A DNA stretch of 64,000 nt. Origin: Candidatus Limiplasma sp. (GTDB lineage Bacteria; Bacillota; Clostridia; Christensenellales; Aristaeellaceae). The stretch lies in the NCBI GenBank assembly GCA_035353615.1, contig DAOPZY010000007.1, positions 20,373 to 84,372 on the forward strand. Reading direction: 5' to 3'. The position numbers and the translations under genes are program-made. The notes beneath the pieces are model-generated. The model was given only the letters and a program-made list of their open reading frames with translations, was not told the DNA's origin and did no database searches. Shown here in pieces: positions 1 through 9,797 of the stretch (the stretch's first letter is position 1; each line of letters opens with the position of its first letter).

Positions 1-444
1 GCCGTGCGCATCAAGCTGAACGCCGTGCGCTCCACGGTTGCGGGCAAGCGCGTGGTATTGATTGATGATTCCATTGTGCGGGGCACTACCAGCGCGCGCA
101 TTGTGAGCCTGCTGCGGGAGGCGGGGGCGACCGAGGTGCATATGCGGCTGAGTTCGCCGCCTTTTCGGCATCCCTGCTATTTTGGCACGGATATCGACTC
201 CACCGATCACCTGATCGCCGCCAACCATACCGTGGAGGAAATCCGGACGCTGATTGGCGCGGACAGCCTTGGCTACCTGCCGGTGGAGTGCCTGGATAAA
301 CTGGCGGATCACAGCAGCTGCGGCTTTTGCAAGGGCTGCTTCACCGGCAGTTACCCCGTGGAACCGCCCCGGGACGCAAGCAAAAACAAGTTTGAAACCC
401 ATATTGGCCAAAACAGACGGGATGCGGAGGGCGAAGGCGAATGA
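1..444 (+). CDS. purF: Amidophosphoribosyltransferase, C-terminal fragment (gene enters from left edge)
   Basis: Open frame from base 1. It has the PRPP-binding loop VVLIDDSIVRGTTS and a PurF-type C-terminal tail. The stop overlaps the purM start (ATGA at 441-444). Confidence 0.9.
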   Translation, partial: AVRIKLNAVRSTVAGKRVVLIDDSIVRGTTSARIVSLLREAGATEVHMRLSSPPFRHPCYFGTDIDSTDHLIAANHTVEEIRTLIGADSLGYLPVECLDKLADHSSCGFCKGCFTGSYPVEPPRDASKNKFETHIGQNRRDAEGEGE

Positions 445-1478
445 AAAGCGAAAGCGAAAGCTACAAGGCCGCCGGGGTGGACATCACCGCCGGTTACCGT
501 GCTGTGGAACTGATGAAAACCCATATCGCGCGCACCCTGACCGCGGGCGTGCTGGGCGATGTGGGCGGGTTTGGGGGCCTTTTTGAGCTGGACGTAACCG
601 GCATGTCGCGCCCCGTGCTGGTCAGCGGCACCGACGGCGTGGGCACCAAGCTCCGGCTCGCCTTCCTGATGGATCGCCACGATACCGTGGGCATCGACTG
701 CGTGGCAATGTGCGTGAACGACGTGATCTGCTGCGGAGCCAAGCCGCTGTTCTTTTTGGATTACATTGCCTGCGGTAAAAATGTGCCGGAAAAAATCGCG
801 GCGATTGTTCAGGGCGTGGCGGAAGGCTGCGTGCAGGCTGGGTGCGCGCTGGTCGGCGGCGAAACCGCTGAAATGCCAGGCTTTTACCCTGTGGACGAGT
901 ATGATTTGGCCGGCTTTGCGGTCGGCGCGGTGGATAAGGCGAAAATTCTGGATAAAACCGCCATGCGCGCGGGCGACGCAGTGATCGCGCTGCCGTCCAG
1001 CGGGTTGCATTCCAACGGCTTTTCGTTGGTGCGCAAGGTGTTTGATGTGGAAAACGGCGGGCTTGCCGCAACCTATGCGGAGCTTGGCGGGGAAACGCTG
1101 GGGCAGACGCTGCTTACCCCCACGCGGATTTATGTGAAGCCCGTGCTGGCTTTGATTGAAAAAGTGGACGTGCGCTCGCTGGCGCACATTACCGGCGGCG
1201 GGTTTTACGAAAACATTCCGCGCTCGCTGGCGGCGGGCTTTACGGCCAAGCTGGAACGCGGAGCCGTGCGGATTCCTCCTGTGTTTGACATCCTCGCGCG
1301 AGAGGGCAACCTGCCCGAGCGCGATATGTTCAACACCTTCAACATGGGCGTGGGCATGGTGGCGGTGGTGCCCGCCGGGCAGGCGGACGCGGCCCTTCAG
1401 GTGCTCAGCCAAAACGGAGTGGCTGCCTATACGCTGGGCGAGATTGTCGCCGGCGAGGGAGGCGTGCGCCTGTGCTGA
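441..1478 (+). CDS. purM: Phosphoribosylformylglycinamidine cyclo-ligase (AIR synthase)
   Basis: 345 aa with a YKAAGVDI N-terminus, GTDGVGTK and the PurM N/C domain pattern. Translationally coupled to purF and purN. Confidence 0.95.
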   Translation: MKSESESYKAAGVDITAGYRAVELMKTHIARTLTAGVLGDVGGFGGLFELDVTGMSRPVLVSGTDGVGTKLRLAFLMDRHDTVGIDCVAMCVNDVICCGAKPLFFLDYIACGKNVPEKIAAIVQGVAEGCVQAGCALVGGETAEMPGFYPVDEYDLAGFAVGAVDKAKILDKTAMRAGDAVIALPSSGLHSNGFSLVRKVFDVENGGLAATYAELGGETLGQTLLTPTRIYVKPVLALIEKVDVRSLAHITGGGFYENIPRSLAAGFTAKLERGAVRIPPVFDILAREGNLPERDMFNTFNMGVGMVAVVPAGQADAALQVLSQNGVAAYTLGEIVAGEGGVRLC

Positions 1479-2080
1479 ACATTGCCGTGCTGGTCAGCGG
1501 CGGCGGCACCAACCTGCAAGCCTTGCTGAACGCGGAGGCGAGCGGCGCGCTGCACAGCGGGCATATTTCGCTGGTGGCGAGCAACCGGGCGGACGCCTAC
1601 GCCCTCACCCGCGCAAGCCAGGCGGGCGTTGCGACGGCCACGCTTGAAAAGCAGCGGGGTGAAACGGCAGAGGCGTACGGCGCGCGGCTGGTGGCCCTGC
1701 TCAGGCAGCACGGCGTCGGGCTGGTGGTGCTGGCGGGGTTTTTGCTGATTTTAGCGCCCAACGTGATCGCGGCGTATCCGGACCGGATTGTGAACATCCA
1801 CCCAAGCCTGATCCCCAGCTTTTGCGGGGAGGGCTACTATGGCCTCAAAGTGCATGAGGCGGCGCTAAAACGGGGCGTCAAAATAACCGGCGCCACGGTG
1901 CATCTGGTGAACGAGGTGCCGGACGGCGGGCGCATCCTTGCGCAAAAGGCGGTCGCAGTGGAACCGGGCGATACCCCGGAAACCCTGCAACGCCGTGTAA
2001 TGGTTGAGGCGGAATGGGTGTTGCTGCCGCAGACCGTGGAGTGGCTGTCGCAGCGGATTGCCAGCGGGCAGGAGGCGTGA
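1472..2080 (+). CDS. purN: Phosphoribosylglycinamide formyltransferase
   Basis: 202 aa with a GTG start overlapping the purM stop. Motifs IAVLVSGGGTNLQAL and NIHPSLIPSF are typical of GAR transformylase. Confidence 0.92.
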   Translation: MLNIAVLVSGGGTNLQALLNAEASGALHSGHISLVASNRADAYALTRASQAGVATATLEKQRGETAEAYGARLVALLRQHGVGLVVLAGFLLILAPNVIAAYPDRIVNIHPSLIPSFCGEGYYGLKVHEAALKRGVKITGATVHLVNEVPDGGRILAQKAVAVEPGDTPETLQRRVMVEAEWVLLPQTVEWLSQRIASGQEA

Positions 2081-2177
2081 GCGGAAACCCGCGATGCTAA
2101 CCGCTCCCGGCTTGGGTTTGGCTGCCCTTCCCGCCGGGCGGTTTTGGCATACAGGGCGGCATTCCCCGGCGAAAACC

Positions 2178-2207
2178 TTGTGAAGCCTTGGGCAAAAGTG
2201 CTATGAT
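2178..2207 (+). promoter_or_regulatory. Candidate sigma-A promoter inside the pur cluster (upstream of purO)
   Basis: TTGTGA (2178-2183), an 18-nt spacer, then TGcTATGAT extended -10 (2199-2207). It lies in the 208-nt gap between purN and purO. Confidence 0.45.
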
Positions 2208-2288
2208 ATCAGGGGGCATACGGGGGTTTTCCCTGCCGGGCGGCGTTTGGCCGCACCGACCCCGATACCGAAGGAGGCGCACCTGCAT

Positions 2289-3008
2289 ATGAAACGGACA
2301 GACCCTTGCGAATATTTGGCAAAGATCGACTATCCCGGCCGGGGTATCCTGCTGGGCCGCAGCGCGGACGGTGAACGCGCGGTGATGGCTTATTTTATCA
2401 TGGGGCGGAGCGAAAACAGCCGTAACCGGGTGTTTACCCCCAAGGATGGCGGCATTGTGACCGAGGCGGCCGATCCCTCCAAAATGACGGACCCCAGCCT
2501 GATTATCTACGCGCCCGTCCGATTGGCCGGCAACCATATGACGGTTGTCACCAACGGCAACCAGACGGATGCGGTAGCGCGCGGGCTTGCCGAGGGCGAA
2601 ACCTTTGAAGCGGCCCTGCGCACCCAAACCTTCGAGCCGGATGCGCCCAACTACACCCCGCGCATTTCCGGGCTGATGGAGGCGGGCGACTGCGCCATGA
2701 GCTATCAGCTTTCCATTGTTAAAAGCGATGACGGCAACCCGGACAGCGTGCAGCGGTTCTTCTTTGACTATCCGCAGCCCCGCGCCGGGGAGGGGCACCT
2801 GATCCATACCTACCGCGAAAACGGCGACCCGATCCCCAGCTTTGAAGGGGAGCCGGTGGGCGTCAGCCTTTGCGGCGCGGACATCGACCAGCTTGCGCTG
2901 GCGCTGTGGAACGCGCTGGACATGCAAAACCGCGTAAGCCTGTTTGTGCGCACCGTTGACCTTGCGGATGGGCACACCGATACCCGCATCATTAACCAAC
3001 GAAGCTGA
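2289..3008 (+). CDS. purO: Stand-alone IMP cyclohydrolase (PurO-like, archaeal type)
   Basis: 239 aa from ATG 2289, with GAAGGAGG about 10 nt upstream. The track start at 2247 has no RBS. The sequence (YPGRGILLGRS..., YFIMGRSENSRNR, VVTNGNQTD) resembles the IMP cyclohydrolase family that sits next to AICARFT-only PurH in Clostridia. The position in the pur operon fits. Confidence 0.75.
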   Translation: MKRTDPCEYLAKIDYPGRGILLGRSADGERAVMAYFIMGRSENSRNRVFTPKDGGIVTEAADPSKMTDPSLIIYAPVRLAGNHMTVVTNGNQTDAVARGLAEGETFEAALRTQTFEPDAPNYTPRISGLMEAGDCAMSYQLSIVKSDDGNPDSVQRFFFDYPQPRAGEGHLIHTYRENGDPIPSFEGEPVGVSLCGADIDQLALALWNALDMQNRVSLFVRTVDLADGHTDTRIINQRS

Positions 3009-3023
3009 GGAGGCCATACCGCC

Positions 3024-4202
3024 ATGACGGAGCTGGAACTCAAGTACGGCTGCAACCCCAACCAGAAGCCCGCGCGCATTTTTTCGCAAACGGGCGCGCT
3101 GCCTTTGGCGGTGCTCAACGGCAAACCGGGCTACATCAATTTTTTGGACGCGCTCAACGGCTGGCAGCTGGTGCGGGAGCTGAAACGCGCAACCGGCCTG
3201 CCGGCGGCCGCGTCCTTCAAGCATGTAAGCCCGGCCGGCGCGGCGCTTGGCCTGCCGCTGACAGCCACGCTACGCAGCATCTACTTTGTGGCGGAAAACG
3301 CGGAGCTAAGCCCCCTCGCGTGCGCCTATGCCCGCGCGCGGGGCGCGGACCGCATGAGCAGCTTTGGGGATTGGATTTGCCTTTCGGACCTCTGCGACGT
3401 TTCGACAGCCCTGCTGATCAAGCCGGAGGTGAGCGACGGCGTGATCGCCCCGGGTTACGCGCCTGAAGCGCTGGAGATTCTTAAAGGCAAACGGCAGGGC
3501 AACTACAACATTGTGCAGATCGACGAAGGGTACGAGCCGCCCGCGCTGGAACGCAAGGATGTGTTCGGCGTTACGTTTGAGCAAAACCGCAACGAGCTGC
3601 GAATTGACGACGCCTTTTTTGCCAATGTGGTTACGCAAAACCGCGAACTGCCCGCCTCCGCCAAGCGCGATCTGGCGGTGGCGATGGTCACGCTCAAGTA
3701 TACGCAATCCAACTCCGTGTGCTATGTGAAGGACGGGCAGTGCATCGGCATCGGCGCGGGCCAGCAGAGCCGCATTCACTGCACGCGGTTAGCGGGCGAC
3801 AAGGCGAACAACTGGTGGTTGCGACAGCATCCTCTTACGCTGAGCCTGCCGTTTTTGCCCGGGATCAAAAACCCGGACCGGGACAACGCCATCGACCGCT
3901 ACATCAGCGACGAGAGCGAGGAAACCGTGCTTTCCGAGGGGCGCTGGCAAACGCTGTTCAGCCGCAAACCGGAGCCGCTAACGCAGGCGCAGAAACGCCT
4001 CTGGCTCAAGGAGCTGACCGGCGTCAGCCTTGGCAGCGACGCGTTTTTCCCCTTCAGCGACAATGTTGACCGCGCGGTGCAAAGCGGCGTGCGGTATATC
4101 GCGCAGCCCGGCGGCAGCAAGCGCGATCAGGAAGTGATTGACGCCTGCGACGCTTACGGCGTAACGATGGCGTTCACAGGGTTGAGGCTTTTCCACCATT
4201 GA
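3024..4202 (+). CDS. purH: AICAR formyltransferase (PurH C-terminal domain only)
   Basis: 392 aa. KYGCNPNQ and SFKHVSPAG match the AICARFT domain. The N-terminal MGS-like IMP cyclohydrolase domain of bifunctional PurH is absent. RBS GAGGAGG upstream. Confidence 0.88.
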   Translation: MTELELKYGCNPNQKPARIFSQTGALPLAVLNGKPGYINFLDALNGWQLVRELKRATGLPAAASFKHVSPAGAALGLPLTATLRSIYFVAENAELSPLACAYARARGADRMSSFGDWICLSDLCDVSTALLIKPEVSDGVIAPGYAPEALEILKGKRQGNYNIVQIDEGYEPPALERKDVFGVTFEQNRNELRIDDAFFANVVTQNRELPASAKRDLAVAMVTLKYTQSNSVCYVKDGQCIGIGAGQQSRIHCTRLAGDKANNWWLRQHPLTLSLPFLPGIKNPDRDNAIDRYISDESEETVLSEGRWQTLFSRKPEPLTQAQKRLWLKELTGVSLGSDAFFPFSDNVDRAVQSGVRYIAQPGGSKRDQEVIDACDAYGVTMAFTGLRLFHH

Positions 4203-4269
4203 GCCGGGCCGCTCAGGTTCGGCGGAGGCATCGCCCATTCTCCCGAAAAGCAGGTAAGGAGAGGATCCC

Positions 4270-5580
4270 ATGAAGGTGCTCGTTGTGGGCGGCGGCGGCC
4301 GCGAACACGCCATCCTCCAAAAGCTGAGCGAAAGCCCGCTCGTTAACCGACTGTACTGTGCGCCCGGCAACGGCGGCATTGCCGCGCTGGCGGAGTGCGT
4401 GCCGATCCGCGCCACGGAAGTGGAAGCCATTGCCGACTGGGCGCAGGTTAACGGCATGGAGTTTGTGGTCGTCGCGCCGGACGATCCTCTGTGCCTTGGG
4501 CTTACGGATCTGCTGGCCGCGCGGGGCATCCCCGCGTTTGGCCCCAGCAAGCTGGCCGCGCGCATTGAGGGCAGCAAGGTGTTTGCCAAAAAACTGATGC
4601 GCAAGTACCATATTCCCACCGCGGAATGCGAAATTTTTTCAGATATGGAGCTGGCGCTCCGCTACATCCGCATCGCGCCCTGCCCCATGGTGGTGAAGGC
4701 CGACGGACTGGCGCTGGGCAAGGGCGTTGTGATTTGCCAAAACCGGGACGAGGCCGAGCAGGCGGTGCGCGATATGATGGAGCGCCGCAAGTTTGGCGAT
4801 TCCGGCAGCCGCGTGGTGGTGGAGGAGTTTTTGCAGGGGCCGGAGGTGAGCGTGCTCGCCTTTACCGACGGGGTTACGCTGCGGCCGATGGTTTCCAGCA
4901 TGGATCACAAACGGGCGAAGGATTTCGATCAGGGGCTGAACACGGGCGGCATGGGCGTGATCGCCCCCAACCCCTGCTACACGCCCGCCATTGCCGAGGA
5001 ATGTATGCGCACGATCTTTTTGCCGACGCTGGAGGCCATGCGCTTGGAGGGTTGCCCCTTTCAGGGTTGCCTGTATTTTGGGCTGATGCTGACCGAGAAC
5101 GGCCCGAAGGTGATTGAGTACAACTGCCGTTTTGGCGACCCGGAGGCGCAGGCGGTGCTGCCGCTGCTCAGCAGCGATCTGTTTGCGATCATGCGCCATG
5201 TGGCGGCGGGCACGCTCAGCGAGGCGGAGGTTACTTTTTCAAGCGGGGCGAGCTGTTGCGTGGTGCTGGCCTCAGGCGGGTATCCGGAAGCCTACCGCAC
5301 GGGCCTGCCGATTACAGGCATTTCGCAGGCCGAGGCCATGCCGGGCGTGAGCGTGTTCCATGCCGGCACCCGCCTGACCCAAACCGGGGAGCTGGTCACC
5401 GCCGGGGGGCGCGTATTGGGGGTAACAGCCGTGGGCGATACGCTTTCGCAGGCGATCCGTAGCGCGTACCTCGCGGCGGAGGCGATATCGTTTGAAGGCG
5501 CGCATATGCGCGGGGATATCGGCGCGCGGGCGTTGGAAGCGGTGGCTTTGGCGCAGCCGGAAAACGTGGAGCGCGTTTAG
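4270..5580 (+). CDS. purD: Phosphoribosylamine-glycine ligase (GAR synthetase)
   Basis: 436 aa with N-terminus MKVLVVGGGGREHA and the ATP-grasp GARS pattern. RBS AAGGAGAGG. Confidence 0.95.
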   Translation: MKVLVVGGGGREHAILQKLSESPLVNRLYCAPGNGGIAALAECVPIRATEVEAIADWAQVNGMEFVVVAPDDPLCLGLTDLLAARGIPAFGPSKLAARIEGSKVFAKKLMRKYHIPTAECEIFSDMELALRYIRIAPCPMVVKADGLALGKGVVICQNRDEAEQAVRDMMERRKFGDSGSRVVVEEFLQGPEVSVLAFTDGVTLRPMVSSMDHKRAKDFDQGLNTGGMGVIAPNPCYTPAIAEECMRTIFLPTLEAMRLEGCPFQGCLYFGLMLTENGPKVIEYNCRFGDPEAQAVLPLLSSDLFAIMRHVAAGTLSEAEVTFSSGASCCVVLASGGYPEAYRTGLPITGISQAEAMPGVSVFHAGTRLTQTGELVTAGGRVLGVTAVGDTLSQAIRSAYLAAEAISFEGAHMRGDIGARALEAVALAQPENVERV

Positions 5581-5589
5581 CGGCCATTG

Positions 5590-5760
5590 GCCGGCCCGTC
5601 CCCTGACGAAACGGAACGGGGTCAATGGCAAAGCCCCGCGGGGCGCAGAGGCAAGGCCCTTTGCCCTGCCGGAGGCCCACAGCGCGGCGAGGTTGAAACA
5701 GAAACGCCGCGAGCGCCGAAGGCGCAAGGGTCAGGGGCCGCGCGCAGGGTTTTCTAAACG
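5590..5760. repeat. Degenerate copy of the dispersed intergenic repeat family, between purD and purL
   Basis: The segments ggggtcaatggcaaagccccgcgggg and ggcaaggccctttgccctgccggaggccc resemble modules of the repeats at 36477-36846 and 39976-40545. Confidence 0.5.
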
Positions 5761-5832
5761 CCATGGACGGCGGCAATGCCCCAGCCGGCGAAGGTTTTGC
5801 GCATTCGACTGATAATGTTTCAGGAGGTAGTT

Positions 5833-8800
5833 ATGGCCGTTTTTCGCGTTTATACCGAAAAAAAACCCGACTATGCCGTGGAAGCGAAGGCCCTGCTGCA
5901 CGAGGTGCGGCACATTCTGCAAATCCGCAGCGTAACCGGAATCCGGTTGCTGAACCGTTATGATATTGAAGGCGTGGGCCGGGCGCTGTTTGAACAGTGC
6001 CTGCCCATCGTTTTTTTTGAGCCGCAGCTGGATTTGCCTACCTTCGACCTGCCCCGGACGGATGCCGCCGTGTTTGCGGTGGAACCGCTGCCCGGGCAGT
6101 TTGACGCGCGGGCAGCGTCCTGTGAGGAATGCGTGCAGCTGGTCAGTCAGGGGGAGCGCCCCACGGTGCGCGCGGCGCGCGTGTACCTGATCGAGGGCGC
6201 GCCCAGCGCGGAGGAACTCAACCGTATCAAGAAATACGTTGTGAACCCCGTGGAAAGCCGTGAAGCCGATCTGGCGGAAAAAGCGACGCTACAGCAGAGC
6301 TACCCAAGCCCCGGCGCGGTGGAAACGCTTACGGGCTTTTGCGCCATGGACGCCGCCGCCGCCGAGGCGTTTGTGGCCCGCTACGGCCTCGCCATGGACG
6401 CGGACGACGTCGCCTTCTGCCGTGACTACTTTGCCACCGAGCGCCGCGACCCCACGCTAACGGAAATTCGCATGATCGATACCTACTGGAGCGATCACTG
6501 CCGGCACACCACGTTTTTAACCACGCTGGACCGGGTGGAAGCGAAAAAACCGGCGGTTGAAAAGGCATTCGCGCGCTATCTGGCTCTGCGGGCGGAGCTG
6601 GGGCGCGAAGAAAAACCCATGAACCTGATGGATATCGCCACCATCGGCGCAAAGGCCCTGCGCGCGCGGGGCGGCCTTGCCAACCTGGACCTGAGCGAGG
6701 AGATCAACGCCTGCTCCATCGTGATTGACGTGGAGGTGGACGGCGTTGCCGAGCCGTGGCTTTTAATGTTCAAAAACGAAACGCACAACCACCCCACGGA
6801 AATCGAACCCTTTGGCGGTGCGGCAACCTGCATCGGCGGCGCGATCCGCGACCCGCTGTCCGGGCGCACGTATGTGTATCAGGCCATGCGCGTAACCGGC
6901 GCGGCCGATCCGCTTGTGCCTGTGGCGGAAACCATGCGCGGCAAACTGCCCCAGCGCAAGCTGGTAACCACGGCGGCAGCCGGCTACAGCGCCTACGGCA
7001 ACCAGATTGGCCTTGCGACCGGCTTGGTGGACGAGCTGTACCATCCCGGCTATGCGGCCAAGCGCATGGAAATCGGCGCGGTCATCGGCGCCGCGCCGGT
7101 TCAGAACGTGCTGCGGGAGCAGCCTGTGCCCGGGGATATCATCATCCTGCTGGGCGGGCGCACGGGGCGCGACGGTTGCGGCGGCGCGACCGGCTCCAGC
7201 AAGAGCCACAAGCTCGAAAGTCTGGAAACCTGCGGCGCGGAGGTACAAAAGGGCAACCCCGTGGTGGAACGGAAGCTGCAACGGCTATTCCGCGACCCAA
7301 ACGTAACGCGCCTGATTAAGCGTTGCAACGATTTTGGCGCGGGTGGCGTAAGCGTGGCGATCGGGGAACTGGCGGATGGCCTGATGATTGATTTGGACCT
7401 TGTGCCCAAGAAATATGAAGGGTTGGACGGCACGGAGCTGGCCATTTCGGAAAGTCAGGAGCGGATGGCCGTTGTGGTGGCCCCCGGGGACGCGGAAGCA
7501 CTGATTGCCTTTGCCAACGCCGAAAACCTCGAGGCAACCGCCGTGGCAACCGTTACGGAGGAGCCGCGGCTGCGCATGCGCTGGCAGGGCCAGACCCTTG
7601 TGGATATCAGCAGGGATTTTCTCAACTCCAACGGCGCGGAAAAGCACGCGAGCGCTTTGGTGCCGGACGACGGCGTGCGCACGGTGCCGTTTACGGGGGA
7701 AACCTTCGGGGAGCGGCTGTTTTCAATGGTTACCGATCTCAACATCTGCTCCAAACAGGGGCTTTCGGAACGGTTTGATTCCACGGTGGGCGCGGCAACG
7801 GTGCTGATGCCCTTTGGCGGGCGGCGGCAGCTGACCCCCGCGCAGGCGATGGCGGCCAAGCTGCCCGTGCGCCGCGGTGAAACGGATACCGCCAGCGGGA
7901 TGGCCTACGGCTTTCATCCGCAGATCATGGAACAAAGCCCTTACGAGGGCGCGTACCTGAGCGTAGCTGAAAGCCTTGCTCGCCTGACCGCCACCGGGTT
8001 TGATTTCCGCAAGGCCTACCTGACGTTTCAGGAATATTTTGAGCGTATGACGGCTGACCCCCTGCGGTGGGGCAAACCCCTCGCGGCGCTGCTGGGCGCG
8101 CTGGATGCGCAGTTGAACTTCGGCGTTGCGGCCATTGGCGGCAAGGATAGCATGAGCGGCAGCTTCGAAACCCTGAACGTGCCCCCGACGCTGGTGAGCT
8201 TCGCGGTGGCCCCGGGGTTGGCTTCGCAGGTGATTTCTCCGGAGTTGAAGGCCGCTGGGCACACCCTGCGCTACCTCTATGCCGATCCGTTTGACGCGCC
8301 CGTTTTTTGCGCCAACCTTGACCTGCTGTACCGCCTGATCCGCGAGGGCAAGGTGGTTTCCGCGTGGGCGGTGGGTTTTGGCGGCGTGGCGGAGGGCCTG
8401 TTTAAGATGGCGCTGGGCAACGGAATCGGCGTGCGGGTTTCCGACGCGTTCACGCGCGATATGCTGGCGCAGCAGATTGGCGGCGTGATTGTGGAGCTTT
8501 CGGACGGCGCGGCGGACGCGGCGCTTACGGCGGCCAGCGAACCGCTTGGCGAAACCGTGAGCGACTACGGGCTGACCATGCGGGGCGCGCGGTATGCGCT
8601 GGCCCCGTTACAGGACGCGTACGAGGGAAAGCTGGAAAAGGTGTTCCCCTACCGCAGCGCCGGCGGGGAAGCAAACCCGGAAAAAGTGCCCGCTATCGCC
8701 GCCGGGTTCTCCGGCTGGGCAAAGCCCGCGCTTCGCACGGCAAGGCCGGTCGCGGTGATCCCGACATTCCCGGGCACCAACTGCGAGGTGGACACTGCCC

Positions 8801-9540
8801 GCGCGCTGGAACGCGCCGGCGCGGAGCCGCGCATTGTGCTTGTAAACAACCTGACCCCCGCGCATGTGGCGCAGAGCGTGGCGCGGATGCGGCAGGAAAT
8901 TCTGAACGCGCAGATGATCGTTTTCCCCGGCGGTTTTTCCGGCGGGGACGAGCCGGACGGGAGCGGAAAATTCATTACCGCGTTTTTCCGCAACCCCGCC
9001 ATGACGGAGGCCGTGCATGCGCTGCTCAGGCAGCGCGACGGGCTGATCTTGGGCATTTGCAACGGCTTTCAGGCGCTTATCAAGCTGGGGCTGGCGCCGT
9101 TTGGCCAAATTGTGGATACGGACGAAACCTGCCCCACGCTCACCTACAACACCATCGGCCGTCACCAGAGCATGCTCGTGCGCACGCGGATTGCCAGCAA
9201 CAAAAGCCCGTGGCTGCAAAAATGCCGCGTGGGGGATGTGCACACCGTGGCCGTCAGCCACGGCGAAGGGCGGTTTGTGTGCGGACGGGAGATGCTTGAA
9301 CAGCTGGCCCGGAACGGGCAGATTGCCACGCAGTATGTAAACGAGGCCGGCGAACCGGGCATGGACCTGCGGCTGAACCCCAACGGAAGCGTGTGGGCAG
9401 TCGAAGGCATCACGTCGCCGGACGGGCGCGTGCTGGGCAAAATGGGGCACACCGAACGCGGCGGCAGCAACCTGTTCAAGAATGTTCAGGGCAATCAGCT
9501 GCAAAGGCTTTTTGAAGGCGGCGTGGAATATTTCCGGTAA
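5833..9540 (+). CDS. purL: Phosphoribosylformylglycinamidine synthase, single-chain large form
   Basis: 1235 aa from ATG 5833, with AGGAGG 5 nt upstream. It has a PurS-like N-terminus, duplicated AIRS-like domains, and a C-terminal class-I glutamine amidotransferase (GICNGFQAL, SHGEGRF). Confidence 0.95.
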   Translation: MAVFRVYTEKKPDYAVEAKALLHEVRHILQIRSVTGIRLLNRYDIEGVGRALFEQCLPIVFFEPQLDLPTFDLPRTDAAVFAVEPLPGQFDARAASCEECVQLVSQGERPTVRAARVYLIEGAPSAEELNRIKKYVVNPVESREADLAEKATLQQSYPSPGAVETLTGFCAMDAAAAEAFVARYGLAMDADDVAFCRDYFATERRDPTLTEIRMIDTYWSDHCRHTTFLTTLDRVEAKKPAVEKAFARYLALRAELGREEKPMNLMDIATIGAKALRARGGLANLDLSEEINACSIVIDVEVDGVAEPWLLMFKNETHNHPTEIEPFGGAATCIGGAIRDPLSGRTYVYQAMRVTGAADPLVPVAETMRGKLPQRKLVTTAAAGYSAYGNQIGLATGLVDELYHPGYAAKRMEIGAVIGAAPVQNVLREQPVPGDIIILLGGRTGRDGCGGATGSSKSHKLESLETCGAEVQKGNPVVERKLQRLFRDPNVTRLIKRCNDFGAGGVSVAIGELADGLMIDLDLVPKKYEGLDGTELAISESQERMAVVVAPGDAEALIAFANAENLEATAVATVTEEPRLRMRWQGQTLVDISRDFLNSNGAEKHASALVPDDGVRTVPFTGETFGERLFSMVTDLNICSKQGLSERFDSTVGAATVLMPFGGRRQLTPAQAMAAKLPVRRGETDTASGMAYGFHPQIMEQSPYEGAYLSVAESLARLTATGFDFRKAYLTFQEYFERMTADPLRWGKPLAALLGALDAQLNFGVAAIGGKDSMSGSFETLNVPPTLVSFAVAPGLASQVISPELKAAGHTLRYLYADPFDAPVFCANLDLLYRLIREGKVVSAWAVGFGGVAEGLFKMALGNGIGVRVSDAFTRDMLAQQIGGVIVELSDGAADAALTAASEPLGETVSDYGLTMRGARYALAPLQDAYEGKLEKVFPYRSAGGEANPEKVPAIAAGFSGWAKPALRTARPVAVIPTFPGTNCEVDTARALERAGAEPRIVLVNNLTPAHVAQSVARMRQEILNAQMIVFPGGFSGGDEPDGSGKFITAFFRNPAMTEAVHALLRQRDGLILGICNGFQALIKLGLAPFGQIVDTDETCPTLTYNTIGRHQSMLVRTRIASNKSPWLQKCRVGDVHTVAVSHGEGRFVCGREMLEQLARNGQIATQYVNEAGEPGMDLRLNPNGSVWAVEGITSPDGRVLGKMGHTERGGSNLFKNVQGNQLQRLFEGGVEYFR

Positions 9541-9669
9541 AGGTCGCCCTCCGGTTTGCCGCGCTTTTCCGGCAACCGCGTTTGCGCGCGCGGCGCGGAA
9601 GCTTGCCGCATAACGAACAACGCGTTGCTACCGGCGCGCGGCAGATTGCGGCCCGCATAAACGCGGCGG

Positions 9670-9698
9670 TTGCATTCCGGCCCTGTTTTTGCTAGTAT
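9670..9698 (+). promoter_or_regulatory. Candidate sigma-A promoter for purB
   Basis: TTGCAT (9670-9675), a 17-nt spacer, then TAGTAT (9693-9698), about 100 nt upstream of the purB ATG. Confidence 0.5.
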
Positions 9699-9797
9699 GG
9701 GTTCGGCGGGCCGCGCCGATTCCCTTGCCTTTGGCCCGCGCCGGCTCGCCCGCGCGTTCGCCCCAAACCCAACGCTGTTTCCACACAGGAGGTCACT

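Noticed and set aside
2081-2288. ZTP (pfl) or purine riboswitch in the pur-cluster gaps (also 5581-5832 and 9541-9797)
   Set aside because: I could not find the conserved cores I remember for these classes (for example GACUGGCG ... CCGCCUGGGC for ZTP, or the guanine-aptamer junction) by eye. An Rfam scan would be needed to exclude them formally.
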